DNA of 63,931 bases, filler included, from Octopus bimaculoides (Eukaryota): NCBI RefSeq assembly GCF_001194135.2. It is 7 parts of 7 records of this genome, joined end to end, with 100 filler letters (N's around TTAATTAATTAA, not from the genome) between each part and the next. Parts side by side here need not be neighbours in the genome. Positions count along the whole stretch, not along the records: positions 36,271 to 45,846 come from NC_068986.1; positions 45,947 to 59,877 come from NC_068982.1; 5 more parts are not named here. One strand, 5' to 3'. The notes under the pieces are model-generated. The model saw only the letters and a list, made by a program, of their open reading frames with translations. It did no database searches and had not been told where the DNA came from. A program made the translations under genes and the position numbers. Positions 41,067 to 52,649 of this stretch are shown here, one piece after another (position 1 is the stretch's first letter; each line of letters begins with the position of its first letter).

Positions 41067-41070
<4 letters not shown>
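40912..41070 (+). mobile_element. SINE family B, 5' half
   Basis: GGCATGGCTGTGTGATAAGAAGTTTACTTCC...GGTTCAGTCCTACTG...GTGGATTTGGTAGACAGAAA. Confidence 0.75.
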
Positions 41071-41137
<67 letters not shown>

Positions 41138-41544
41138 NNNNNNNNNNNNNNNNNNNNNNNNNNNNNNNNNNNNNNNNNNNNNNNNNNNNNNNNNNNNNNN
41201 NNNNNNNNNNNNNNNNNNNNNNNNNNNNNNNNNNNNNNNNNNNNNNNNNNNNNNNNNNNNNNNNNNNNNNNNNNNNNNNNNNNNNNNNNNNNNNNNNNNN
41301 NNNNNNNNNNNNNNNNNNNNNNNNNNNNNNNNNNNNNNNNNNNNNNNNNNNNNNNNNNNNNNNNNNNNNNNNNNNNNNNNNNNNNNNNNNNNNNNNNNNN
41401 NNNNNNNNNNNNNNNNNNNNNNNNNNNNNNNNNNNNNNNNNNNNNNNNNNNNNNNNNNNNNNNNNNNNNNNNNNNNNNNNNNNNNNNNNNNNNNNNNNNN
41501 NNNNNNNNNNNNNNNNNNNNNNATATATATATATATATATATAT

Positions 41545-43127
41545 ATCATCATGATCATCGTTTAACATCCGCTTTCCATGCTGGCAAGGGTTGACTGAGG
41601 ACAGGCGGACCAGATGGCTGCACCAGGCTCCAATCTGATCTGGCAGAGTTTCTACAGATGGATGCCCTCCCTAATGCCAACCACTCTGAGAGTGTAGTGG
41701 GTGCTTTTATGTGCCACCGGCACAAGGGCCAGTCAGGTGGTACTGGCAATGGCCACGCTCAAATGGTGTTTTTACGTGCCACCTGCACAGGAGCCAGTCC
41801 AGTGGAACTGGCAACGACCTCACTTGAATATTTTTTGAAGTGCCAACAAGGCGACACTGGTAACGATCACGCCCAAGTGGTGCTTTTTACATGCCACTGG
41901 CACAGAAGCCAGTCAGCTGCTCTGGCAATGATCATGCTCGGATGGTGCTCTTAGCGCTCCACTAGCACAGATGCCAGTCATCAAAATTGAATTTGATTTC
42001 ACTTGCTTCAACAGGTCTTCACAAGCAGAGTTTAGTGTCTAACGAAGGAAAGGTATGCATAAGTGGACTGGTTACACCCCTGGCATAGGCCATGGGTTAT
42101 GGTCTCACTTGGCTTGCCAGGTCTTCTCAAGCACAGCATATTTCCAAAGGTCTTGGTCAGTAGTCATTGCCACGGTGAGGCCCAATGTTCGAAGGTCATG
42201 CTTCACCACCTCATCCCAGGTCTTCCTGGGTCTACCTCTTCCACAGGTTCCCTCAACTGCTAGGGTGTGGCACTTTTTCACACAGCTGTCCTCATCTATT
42301 CTTGCCACATGACCATACCAGTGCAGTTGTCTTTCTTGCACACCACATCTGATGCTTCTTAGGTCCAACTTTTCTCTCAAGGTACTTTTCTCTTGAGTAT
42401 GCACACTGACATTACACATCCAGCGGAGCATACTGGCTTCATTCCTTGCAAGCTTACACATGTCTTCAGCAGTCACGGCCCATGTTTCACTGCTATGTAG
42501 CATGGCAGTTCGTACACATGCATCATACAGTCTTCCTTTTACTCTGAGCGAGAAGCCCTTTGTCACCAGCAGAGGTAAGAGCTCTTTGAACTTTACCCAG
42601 GCTAACGGAAGCTATCAACTACGTCTAGTTTTTCTCCCTGGAATGTGGAAGAAGGTGTTTACTGCAAATTTTCAGTGTTTATTTCTCCTGAACATCTGCT
42701 ACATACAAAAACTAACTTCTTAGTTAGCCTTCCTTTAATATTGCTGCACCTCTTATGTGTCCATAGCTTACACTAGGTACATCTTATAGAGTTTCTACCT
42801 ACGCCTTTTCTACAGATCGAGCAGGGCCATCTACCTGAAGGGATTTGTGGTTTATCTGCCTTCATACTTATTAAGACTTTGGTTTAAGCTAGGTTGACTC
42901 TAAGGCCCTTCAATTCTAATCCTTGCTTCCACACCTGAAACTTTTCCTCTAGTTCCGATAGTGACTCAGCAATTAGAGCAAGGTCATCAGCATAGAGGAG
43001 CTCTCAGAGGCATCCTGTATTGAATTCCTCTGTTATTGTCTGGAGGACTATGATAAATAGGAGAGGGCTGAGGACTGAACCTTGGTGGACCCCTACCTCT
43101 ACCCGAAATTCTTCACTGTGCTTGTTG
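41545..43127 (-). mobile_element. RTE LINE (family R1) including the RT core
   Basis: GVHQGSVLSPLLFIIVL...ELLYADDLALIAES; a Cys/His module; MLHSSETW...WYGHV...GRGRPRKTW; 3' UTR and (CAT)n tail. There is a short internal deletion after VVDSF. Confidence 0.95.
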
Positions 43128-43134
43128 NNNNNNN

Positions 43135-43585
43135 NNNTCGCTTGACATCCAAATGTGGTGTGTTTACATTCCTGTAACTTAGCGGCTCGGCAAAAGAGAT
43201 GGATAGAATAAGTACTAGGCTTACAAAGAATAAGTCCTGGGGTTGATCTGTTCGACTAAAGGTAGTGCTTCAGCATGGCTGCAGTCAAGTGACTGAAACA
43301 AGTAAAAGAATATATGTGAGTATATATATGTATGTATGTGTGTGTGTGTGTGTATGTGTGTGTGTGTGTGTGTGTGACCCACTATCACTTGACATCTGTG
43401 ACATCTGGTGTTTATTTGTTTATGTCCCTGTAACTTGATGGTTCGACAAAAAGAGACCAATAGAATAAGTTGGAAGCTTAAAAAGAAAAGTACTGGGATC
43501 AATTTGTTTAACTAAACCCTTCAAGGCAGTGCCCCAGCATGGCCACGGTCTAATAACTGAAACAAATAAAATATGAAAGATGAAA
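43135..43585 (+). mobile_element. Two 3' halves of SINE family B
   Basis: GGTGTGTTTACATTCC...AGAATAAGTACTAGGCTTACAAAG...CAGCATGGC...GACTGAAACAAGTAAAAGA occurs twice (43135-43310 and 43375-43585). Confidence 0.75.
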
Positions 43586-44689
43586 ATAAAAGAAGCAAAA
43601 AGCATTGAGATTAGGTGAAAACAGCACGTAGATTAACAAGGTGTCTGGCTGAGAAAGAGAACAACTCTAGGGATGAGATAATTTTGTCTTTTATAACAAG
43701 AAGGAAACTCAAAATGCTTCATACGTGCCAAATTGCAATCAATTGCTTTTGCGTCATAGAGTAATTGATTATTTTGGAGTTAAAAAGAGTTAAAAAAAAA
43801 AAGGAAAGAAATATTCATGTGATGTGCAGAAGAGAGCAAAAGGGTAAGAGAAAATTTTGGGTTGTGATTTTAATTACAGAATGAAAACGATCATAAGTCA
43901 CAGGAGGGCGTGGTCTGTTTCAAGTCATTTTGAGGGATAACAGAACAAGCACTGAAATGATATGAACCAACAATACACAACCTGTGGCCCACAAAGGTAT
44001 TTTGTGCAGCCCACGAAACCATTTTGCAAAGACTTTATTATTTGAATAAATAACTGAAAATTAACATAGCAAACTGCTTGTACCACAATCACATTCTGAA
44101 AACACACATAGCGGTATTTATTTATTAACTTTTATTATTATATTTCTTTATATTAGCTTCCTTCATGTCTTCATTGCATAATTTGCTATATCCATCAAAA
44201 CACACTCCTTTTTTGTGGCATACAAGATGTGAATTTGTTAGTACATGTTTTAAACAATTTTAGTATACGTGTTGCTTAAAATTTAGTTTTCAGTAGCTTA
44301 CTGCCTGGCATACAAGAAATTCGTGCCTGTGTTGCGTCACTGTGTCTCTTCATATCCAAGGCATGTTATTATATTTGAGCTATATTCAGAATAGATGTAT
44401 GTATAAATTTATTTTTCCTTATGTAACACTCATTTTCTACACGCATATTTTGGTGCACGATTACATATATATCAGAACTGAAACATTTTAATATTTTTTA
44501 CAGCATTATTTGACCCCTTCCAGTGGCAGAAGGGGTCAAAGATATGATATACTTTATGGCTCACCTTGAGTGAGTGAATTCATGATTTGGCCCTTTGGAA
44601 AAAAAAGGCCATGCATCACTGATATAAACTGGAAGATGTAGAGTCTGGTTCTGAGGAAGGAATAGCAACCATGGACTGATGAATGGATG

Positions 44690-45150
44690 AATTGTTGGTG
44701 AGATGAGTGGATCAAAACTGTATGAATATATGTATGATTGAGTGAATAGGTGTATGACTGATTGACAGACGTATGACTGATGGAATAGATCTATGACTGA
44801 CTGAATTGATGTACAACTGACTGATGTATGGCAGATGAATAGATGTATGACTGACAGAATAGTAGTATGACTAAGTGTATAGATGTATGATTCACAGAAT
44901 TGATGCATGACTGATTGAATAGATGGATAAGTGAATGATTGGATGGATGGAAAGAAAGCTGGATAGAAGGAAGGATGGAGGAAAGGAAGGATGGAAGGAA
45001 GACTTGATGGAAGGATGGATGGATGCAAAAAAGGATGGACAGATGCAAAAAAAAGGATGGATGGAAGAAAGAATAGATAGAAGGAAAAATGGATAGTAGG
45101 AAGGAGGGAGGAAAGGAAAAATGGATGGATGGAAGGAAGGATGGATAGAT
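44690..45150. repeat. Degenerate tetranucleotide low-complexity tract (ATGG/ACTG/GGAA)
   Basis: Visible directly. It yields spurious PS/IH-rich ORFs. Confidence 0.85.
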
Positions 45151-45797
45151 TTGTGGACACAGTGTTAATAGGCCAGCTTTATTAGCAGAGTCAGCCAATG
45201 GTAAAATTACATTCTCAATGACACAGATCATAATTACCAAACGCTTTACTGGTTGTGTGAACAGAACTTAACTATTTCCTGCCGTAGTCTTTCTACAGAT
45301 GGGCTGGTGCCAAATATGGTGAAGATAGCTCGTCTAATCAATACTACATGCAAACATAAGAACACACAAGCAGACGCAGGCATAAAAAATAACAGGTATT
45401 AAAGGAGCGATTAGAATGACAAAGATGATTTATTCACAATGCAATGTCACTTTCATATGAAGTTCACCATAAAATATACGACGTATCTTTTATCTTTCAC
45501 TTGTTTCAGTCATTAGACTGTGGCTATGCTGGGGCACCACCTTAAAGAAATTTTAGTTGATTGAATTGAAATCTGTACTATTTTGTTTTAAAGCCTGGTA
45601 CTTATTCTATCGTTCTCTTTTGCCGAACTGCTAAGTTATGGGGATGTAAACACACCAACACTGCTTGTCAAGTGGCGGTGAGTGACAGACAGACACAGAC
45701 ACACACACATATGACAAATCCATGCATAAGGCTTGAGTCACTCTGTTAATTCTGCTAAATATTAACAAATATATATATATATACACACACACACATT

Positions 45798-45846
<49 letters not shown>

Positions 45847-46289
45847 NNNNNNNNNNNNNNNNNNNNNNNNNNNNNNNNNNNNNNNNNNNNTTAATTAATT
45901 AANNNNNNNNNNNNNNNNNNNNNNNNNNNNNNNNNNNNNNNNNNNNTGTGTGTGTGTGTGTGTGTATTTGTGTGTGTGTATGTGTAAGCTTTTATTTGTT
46001 TGAGCTAGGAGCTGTGGCCATGCTGATATGTCATTTAAGATATAATTACCAAGAAAGAGGAAATTTATAAAAAAAGTAAAACAGAAAATTCTAAAGAAAG
46101 ACAAATTATAGATATTAATTGGAAAACTGCCATCATTGTCCCCATCATTTCTTTCTTCTTTATTTTGAAGGATTGTCAAAAGCTGGAAAATATTTTCACA
46201 CAAGCATGTTTTATCATTAATAAATCAAGGTCCATAAATAGCATTCATTCAAAGAATTTGAAGAAGACAAACATTGTCTTAGAACACTG

Positions 46290-46800
46290 ATGGTCAAACT
46301 CGTTGTTTTGGGCATCCTTTCTGTTGTTATGGTCAAACTCAATGTCATCATCATTGTCAGATTGGTCAAAATCAGTGTAGCCAAACTCATTGTTGTCATG
46401 GCCAAACACTTTGTTGCCATGGCCAAACTCAAATCAGTATGGTCAAATCTTTGTTGTTGTGTTCAAACTTTGTTGTGATGGTCAAACTTTATGTCATGTT
46501 GGTCAAACTCTTTGTTGTGATGGTCAAACTTTATGTCATGTTGGTCAAACTCTTTGTTGTGATGGTCAAACTTTGTCATGTTGGTCAAACTCTTTGTTGT
46601 GATGGTCAAACGTTATGTCATGTTGGTCAAACTCTTTGTTGTGATGGTCAATCTCTTTGTCATGATCGTCAAAGTATTTGTTGTTATGTTCAAACTCTTC
46701 ATCAATGCAGCTGAATTCTTCATCAACATGATCAAACTCGTTAGACTGATCATGCAATTTGTAATTGTGGTCAAACTTATTGTTGTCATGGCCAAATCTC
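46290..46800. repeat. Minisatellite with a 21-bp subunit and a 42-bp higher-order unit
   Basis: ATGGTCAAACTTTATGTCATG+TTGGTCAAACTCTTTGTTGTG, homogeneous at ~46475-46650 and degenerate at the edges. Confidence 0.9.
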
Positions 46801-46807
46801 TGTTGTC

Positions 46808-47010
46808 ATACAGTTCTATATTTAAGAGATGAGGAATTATGAACATTAATTACAATTGATGGATATTTGTCTTCATCTTGTTTGTTGTTAGCACAAGGTT
46901 TCGGTTGATATACCCTCCAGCCTTCATCAGGTGTCTTGGGGAAATTTAGAACCTGGGTTCTCATTCCTAAGGTATTTTTCGATGTTATTATTATTATTGT
47001 TGTTGTTGCT
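46808..47010 (-). mobile_element. 5'-truncated copy of the hammerhead-bearing SINE-like element (family C); HHR motif at 46890-46935
   Basis: Near-identical to the arms of the 50542-51046 palindrome. Minus strand reads GACAC-CTGATGA-A-GGCTG..CAACC-GAAAC-CTT-GTGCT. Confidence 0.85.
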
Positions 47011-47179
47011 TTTTTTCTTCTTCCTTCAAATTTTCTTCCATTTCTTGCTGAGTGTTTTCCATACATCTAGGACAGAGAAGCTCATTGGATGCATTCCCAT
47101 TTTACACACGCAAATTCACAGGTAAAATATGTATTTAAAAAAATTAATAAATAAATAAATTCATGAATGGATGTTGTTT

Positions 47180-47425
47180 TCACAGCGATAATGCTCTTCT
47201 CAGTACATGAGTTGTTCCAGTTAACACAATTTTTTGCACTTCCTGTAGGGATAGTAAACCTGGTATCATTTTCAAATAGGTTTCAGTACCTTTTTTTTTA
47301 TCATTTCTAGAGATCCTACAATCACTGGTACGGTAGTCACCTTGAGGTGCCACATTTTTTCAATTTCTATTAGCAAGCCTTTATATTTACTGATCTTGTC
47401 AAATTCTTTCGCCACTATATTGTGA
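47180..47425 (-). mobile_element. R4/Dong-like LINE C-terminus (RLE endonuclease end)
   Basis: KISKYKGLLIEIEKMWHLKVTTVPVIVGSLEMIKK, a frameshift, then GTETYLKMIPGLLSLQEVQKIVLTGTTHVLRRALSL*. Confidence 0.85.
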
Positions 47426-50399
47426 TCGCAATATGATGATGATGATGATGATGATGATGATGGCAATGATGACGACAATAACGATGAAGATGACAATGAT
47501 GATGACAATGCCAATGATGATGGAGATGGTGATGATGACGATGATGATGACAACGACACTTGCATGGTTTTTCTATCAAATGCAAGAATATATTTATAGC
47601 TCCAAGAAAGTCTTCTAAAACCTCTTTTACCCCCTATGATATTTTCTCTAGGTAATCTTCCCAATTTGTTGTGCTACAGGAACTAAATCAACACAAAACT
47701 ATATCAAATAACTAGCAATTCAAATTTATAAGTAAAGAAACAAACAGTTATATATATTTGTCCAGTGTCATTGGATATTTTTGTTACTGTGTAAGATAAA
47801 GGCATCTGAAGCAGTAAATGCTTGATAAGGAAATATCTAATCAAACTATGAAAATATTATGGTTTTCTTTTTTCCTTTCAGAAAATCTTCAAAATGGTTG
47901 TTCTCTTCACTGCTTCCAAAGTGGTATAAAGAAGTAGTACATCTAACATTGCAGTTTGTTTGCTTCTATGGACCCTTCTCACTTCTTGAAATAACTCATG
48001 AAATAAAATAAATAAAGTAAAATAGGAAAAAAAATAAATGTATCCCATAGCCATCCATGTGTAAAAAAATAACAAAAACAAAAACAAAAAAATGCTTGCA
48101 CTTTATTTAACAGTCCATGCGTATTGATTTTAAATGTGTTAAAGAAAATAAAGTCTTCATACACTTGGAAGCATTTTATTTTTATAACTTTAAAACATTC
48201 TAATAAATTCCAGTTTTGTTGTTTAGGAAAAGACAAAGAATATAAAAATTAAAAAATAACTAAAATACTGGGAATTCTGAAAAGAAACTAAACTAAATTT
48301 CTAAAATTTTATGGAAACTTTTAAAGATATTTCGTGTTGTGTTCAATGAAATTTACAGATAAATTTATCTTAGATACATAGCACAACTGAATTTCACTTG
48401 TTTAAATTGCTAGTTAGCTACTTGGAAAAACATAGAAACTGATGTCATTGCTGTATATGTCTCTGCAGAAAGACCCCAGAGCAAGAATAAGCTGTTACTA
48501 ATATAAACCAAACTGACTCCATCACTGTTGAATTCTCTAGTAATAAGTACTAACTATCCCCATCACCACATCACAGTTTCTCTGTAATCTTTTTTTTTTT
48601 TAGATATTCTCTGTTTTTAATGTATCCAACAAATTGAAGGAAGTTACAATGATCTCCAGGAAATAGTTCAATTCCTGTATACAATTTATTATTTCAATTT
48701 GTGAAGAATAACTGCAAAGTCAAGGAATTATTACGACTCAATTTCAAGTTCTTATTTTGAAATGGTTAAAAGATGTCAGCAAACATATGTGCTGACATGT
48801 ATAAGTGAAATGGTATCAACCCAAAAATGTCAACTAAAACACTTCAAGGTGGTGCTCCAGCATGGCCACAGTTAAATGACTGTAACAAATAAAAGAATAA
48901 GAGAATAAAAGAATGTGTAGATAGGGAATTCCAGAAAGCTGAGATTCTAAGGAAAAAAGGACCAAGAACACAATAAGGTACAACCAGAGGCTAAAATACA
49001 TAATAGGACAAATGAAAGAGAGAGGAGTAAGTCAAGAAGATAAGGAAAGTTCTATTAGACTGTCTTACCAAAGTCACCTTTATGACTCACCTTGCAAATG
49101 AAGTTACTAGTGAGTATAATGTATGACTGAAAGGAAACAAGAAGAAGAAAAAAGTTATTAGTGTCATGAATACAATGAGATTTGGGAGGGAATAATTGGA
49201 TCAAATTTGATGATGTTAAAACTGAACAGGTGAAAAGATGTAAGAATTTAAGTTATGGCTGATGAGGAGTGGATGTGTATATCTCACCATGCCAGTATAG
49301 AAATATATAAAGAAAAAAAAAAGTCGTTAAAGCTGGTGATTAGTATGATGAGGAAGATGACAATGATGATGATGAGGAGGAGGAGGAGGAGGAAGAGGAG
49401 AAAGAGAAAGAGGGTGGTGGTTGTGAAGGAGTAGGAGGAAGGGAGATAGTGGTTGTGGTTATAGTGATGATGATGATGATGGTGGTGATGGTGGTGGGGT
49501 GGGGATTTCTGATGGTGATGATAATGATGTCAAGGATAAGGAGGAGGAGGTGATAATGATAGTGATGATAATGATTGGGAGATTAATAGTGGTGGTGATG
49601 ATGATGATGATGTGGAGGGAGAAGAGGAGGGAGAGATGATGATGATGATGAGGGAATCCATGCTGGTGATGATGATGATGATGACAATGAGAAGGAAGAA
49701 GGGGTGGAGGAGGAGATAATACTGCTGCTGCTGCTGCTGCTGATGGTGGTGGTGGTGGTGGTGGCAAAAATGGTAATAAAAATGAGAAAATTTAGCTGTA
49801 AGAATATGAAAGACAATTATAATAATGATGACAATGATGATGACAATGACGGTGGCGATGATGATGATGATACACATGTTGATGATACACATGTTGATGA
49901 TATAATGATGATGATGATGTAAAAAAATAAAGTCGCTACACCATCATCATCATCATCATCGTTTAATGTGCACTTTTGTTGAAGCAGATCATCTACAGCT
50001 GAATGCCCTTCCTGTCACCAACTTTCACCTTTTTCCAAGCAAGGTAATTTTTCCCTATGGTCAAACATGCTTTTTCATGGCAGTCTTGAAATTAGCAGCC
50101 TTGTTTGTATGGCTTTGAGGCTTAATTTACAACAACCCCATGATGTCTAGACAAGGGTGCACACAAACACATGTTCATACATATACATGTGTGTGTTCAC
50201 GAGACAAGTTTCTTCCAGTTTCCATTTACCAAATCTATTCACAAGGCTTTGGTTGGCCCAGTAGAAGAAACTTGTCCAAGGTGCTGCATTGCAGGACTGA
50301 ACCCAATACCAGTAAGGAGCATACACCTCAACCACACTACTATGTCTGTTGCCTTTTATAAATGAAAAGAAATGAAAAACACATTTGCTAATTTTGTAT

Positions 50400-50720
50400 G
50401 AGCAGTCAGAAGATTTGATACCATCAACCCAGAATTTGATATCAACAATTATAAAACTTGATATTAAAAAGTCACAGTGTTGTACCAATATCCTTAACCT
50501 CCTTAGAATTTAGTACCTCCAACCACAGAACTGAAATTTTCTACAGTTCTATATTTAAGAGATGAGGAATTATGTACATTATTTACATTTGACGGATATT
50601 TGTCCTTATCTTGTTTGTTGTTAACATGTTTCGGCTGATATACCCTCCAGCCTTCATCAGGTGTCTTGGGGGAAATTTCGAACCTGGGTTCTCATTCCTA
50701 AGGTATTTTTCAATGTTATT

Positions 50721-50752
<32 letters not shown>

Positions 50753-50860
50753 CCATGTCACTGCCTGGAATCAAACTTGGAATCTTGAGGTTAGTAGTGC
50801 GGGCTTCTAACCTCAAGATTCCGAGTTTGATTCCAGGCAGTGACCTGAATAATAATGATG

Positions 50861-50899
<39 letters not shown>

Positions 50900-51800
50900 T
50901 CGAAAAATACCTTAGGAATGAGAACCCAGGTTCGAAATTTCCCCAAGACACTTGATGAAGGCTGGAGGGTATATCAGCTGAAACGTTGTGTTAACAACAA
51001 ACAAGATGAAGATAACTATCCGTCAAATGTAAATAATGTATATAATGAAATTTTTTAGTTTAGCTAGAACTGAAATTTTCTAATTTAGCTATAAGAATAA
51101 GAAAGATGATTATAATAATGATGATGATGATGATGACAATGATGATGATGGTGCTAATATCCACAGAATTTGAAACCAAAAGCTATAGACTTTAGTATCA
51201 ATGCCTACTGAACTTAGTATAAGCAGTGACAGAACCTACTACAAACTTGGTACCAACAATCACACATCATGGTACCAACAACTTGGTACCACTATCTTCA
51301 GAACTAAGTGCCAACAGTCCCAAAAAATTGTACTAAAAACCACAAAATTTGGTACCAACAATTACAAAATTTGATGTCAAGATCCCCCAAATTTTATACT
51401 AACAACTTAGTAATGACAGACACAGAACTTGGTACCAACATCCATAGAAATGTGGTGCCAAACGTCACAGAACTTAGTACTAGAATCCACAGACGTTGGT
51501 GCCAATAGACTATATTCATGGTACCAAGACACCAGAATTTGCAACAATAGTTTTGCACCAACAGTTACAGTTCTTGGTGACAATAGCCACAGAGTTTGCT
51601 GCCAACAAATTCATACCAACAGTCACAGAACTGGATACCAACCTCTACAGATATTAGGACTAACGACCACAGAACTTGGTACCAGTATTCACAAAATTTG
51701 GTGAATACTACAGTCAAAGAATTTGTATTGAGTGTCACATAACTTGGCAACAACAGTTGTAGAATTTGGTAGCAACTGCTACAAAACTGAGAGTTTCCAA
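50400..51800. repeat. Degenerate ~22-bp tandem array (consensus CACAGAACTTGGTACCAACAGT), interrupted by the 50542-51082 insertion
   Basis: The motif recurs about every 21-23 bp over 51165-51800, with a few units at 50410-50540. Confidence 0.7.
50542..51046. mobile_element. Head-to-head palindromic dimer of tRNA-headed, HHR-bearing family C
   Basis: The arms are reverse complements around a centre at ~50798-50803. Each arm has a B-box-like GAGTTTGATTCC, a (TAA)n tract and an HHR motif (50623-50665 minus; 50947-50992 plus). Confidence 0.9.
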
Positions 51801-51879
51801 TAACCATGCTAAAATTGATTTAGCTATTGATTCTATAAGGCAACTAGGTTAATTACAGTTTGCTGATTACATTAACTAC

Positions 51880-52190
51880 AGGCAGGTAGAGTGGTAGGCT
51901 CACAATCATGAGGTAGTGAGTTCAATTCCTTTGTGTTTTTGAGCAAGACACTTTATTTCACATTGCTCCAGTTCACTCAGCTGTAGAAATGAGTTGTGAC
52001 ATCAATGGTGCCAAGTTTTATCGGCCTTTGCCTCTCTCTTGGATAACATCAGTGGTGTGAAGAGGAGAGGCTGGTATACATGGGTGACTGCTGGTTTTCC
52101 ATAAATAACCTTGCCCAGCCTCGTGGGTGGCTCATAAGTTTCTAGATGCAATCCCATAGTCATTCACGACTGAAGGGAGTCTTTACCCTT
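51880..52190 (+). mobile_element. tRNA-derived CORE-type SINE (family D)
   Basis: GGTAGTGAGTTCAATTCC B-box, then TTGAGCAAGACACTTTATTTCACATTGCTCCAGTTCACTCAGCTGTAGAAATGAG (CORE-like). Confidence 0.65.
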
Positions 52191-52613
52191 TTTTTATATA
52201 TGTAAGTAGAAAATTGGATGCCCATTCATGGATGGAATGCTTTTGATGAAATGCTTTTGTTCAATCAGAACTGACCTGGGAATAAAAACAACAACACTAA
52301 CCACAAGCAAAGACCTTTAAAATAACACCTTTTCTTTAGGGGTTTTTTTTTTCTGGGATGATTTTTGGTAGTAATTTTTTTTTTCATTATCAAACCTTTT
52401 TGTAGGTTCATGAATGACTGTAAAAACAAAAAAGAAAGAATGGGAAGGAAGAAAGAAAAAACTATTGAAACAATCAATGCTAAACTGTTGGTTGTTAATG
52501 AAAATAAATCAGCTGCAGGTGAGGCATGCAAGAAGGCAGAGGCGGTGGGGATAATTAGGTAATTCATCTAATGTCGAGGTAGAGAATAGTAAAGGTGAGA
52601 AAGAAAAGATTGA

Positions 52614-52649
<36 letters not shown>

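Noticed and set aside
50804-50845. tRNA-like sequences in SINE heads (also 4631, 51880, 58155)
   Set aside because: They are partial cloverleafs followed by SINE bodies, not tRNA genes.
51165-51800. Regularly spaced repeats superficially like a CRISPR array
   Set aside because: This is eukaryotic context, the units are degenerate and abutting, there are no unique spacers and no cas genes.
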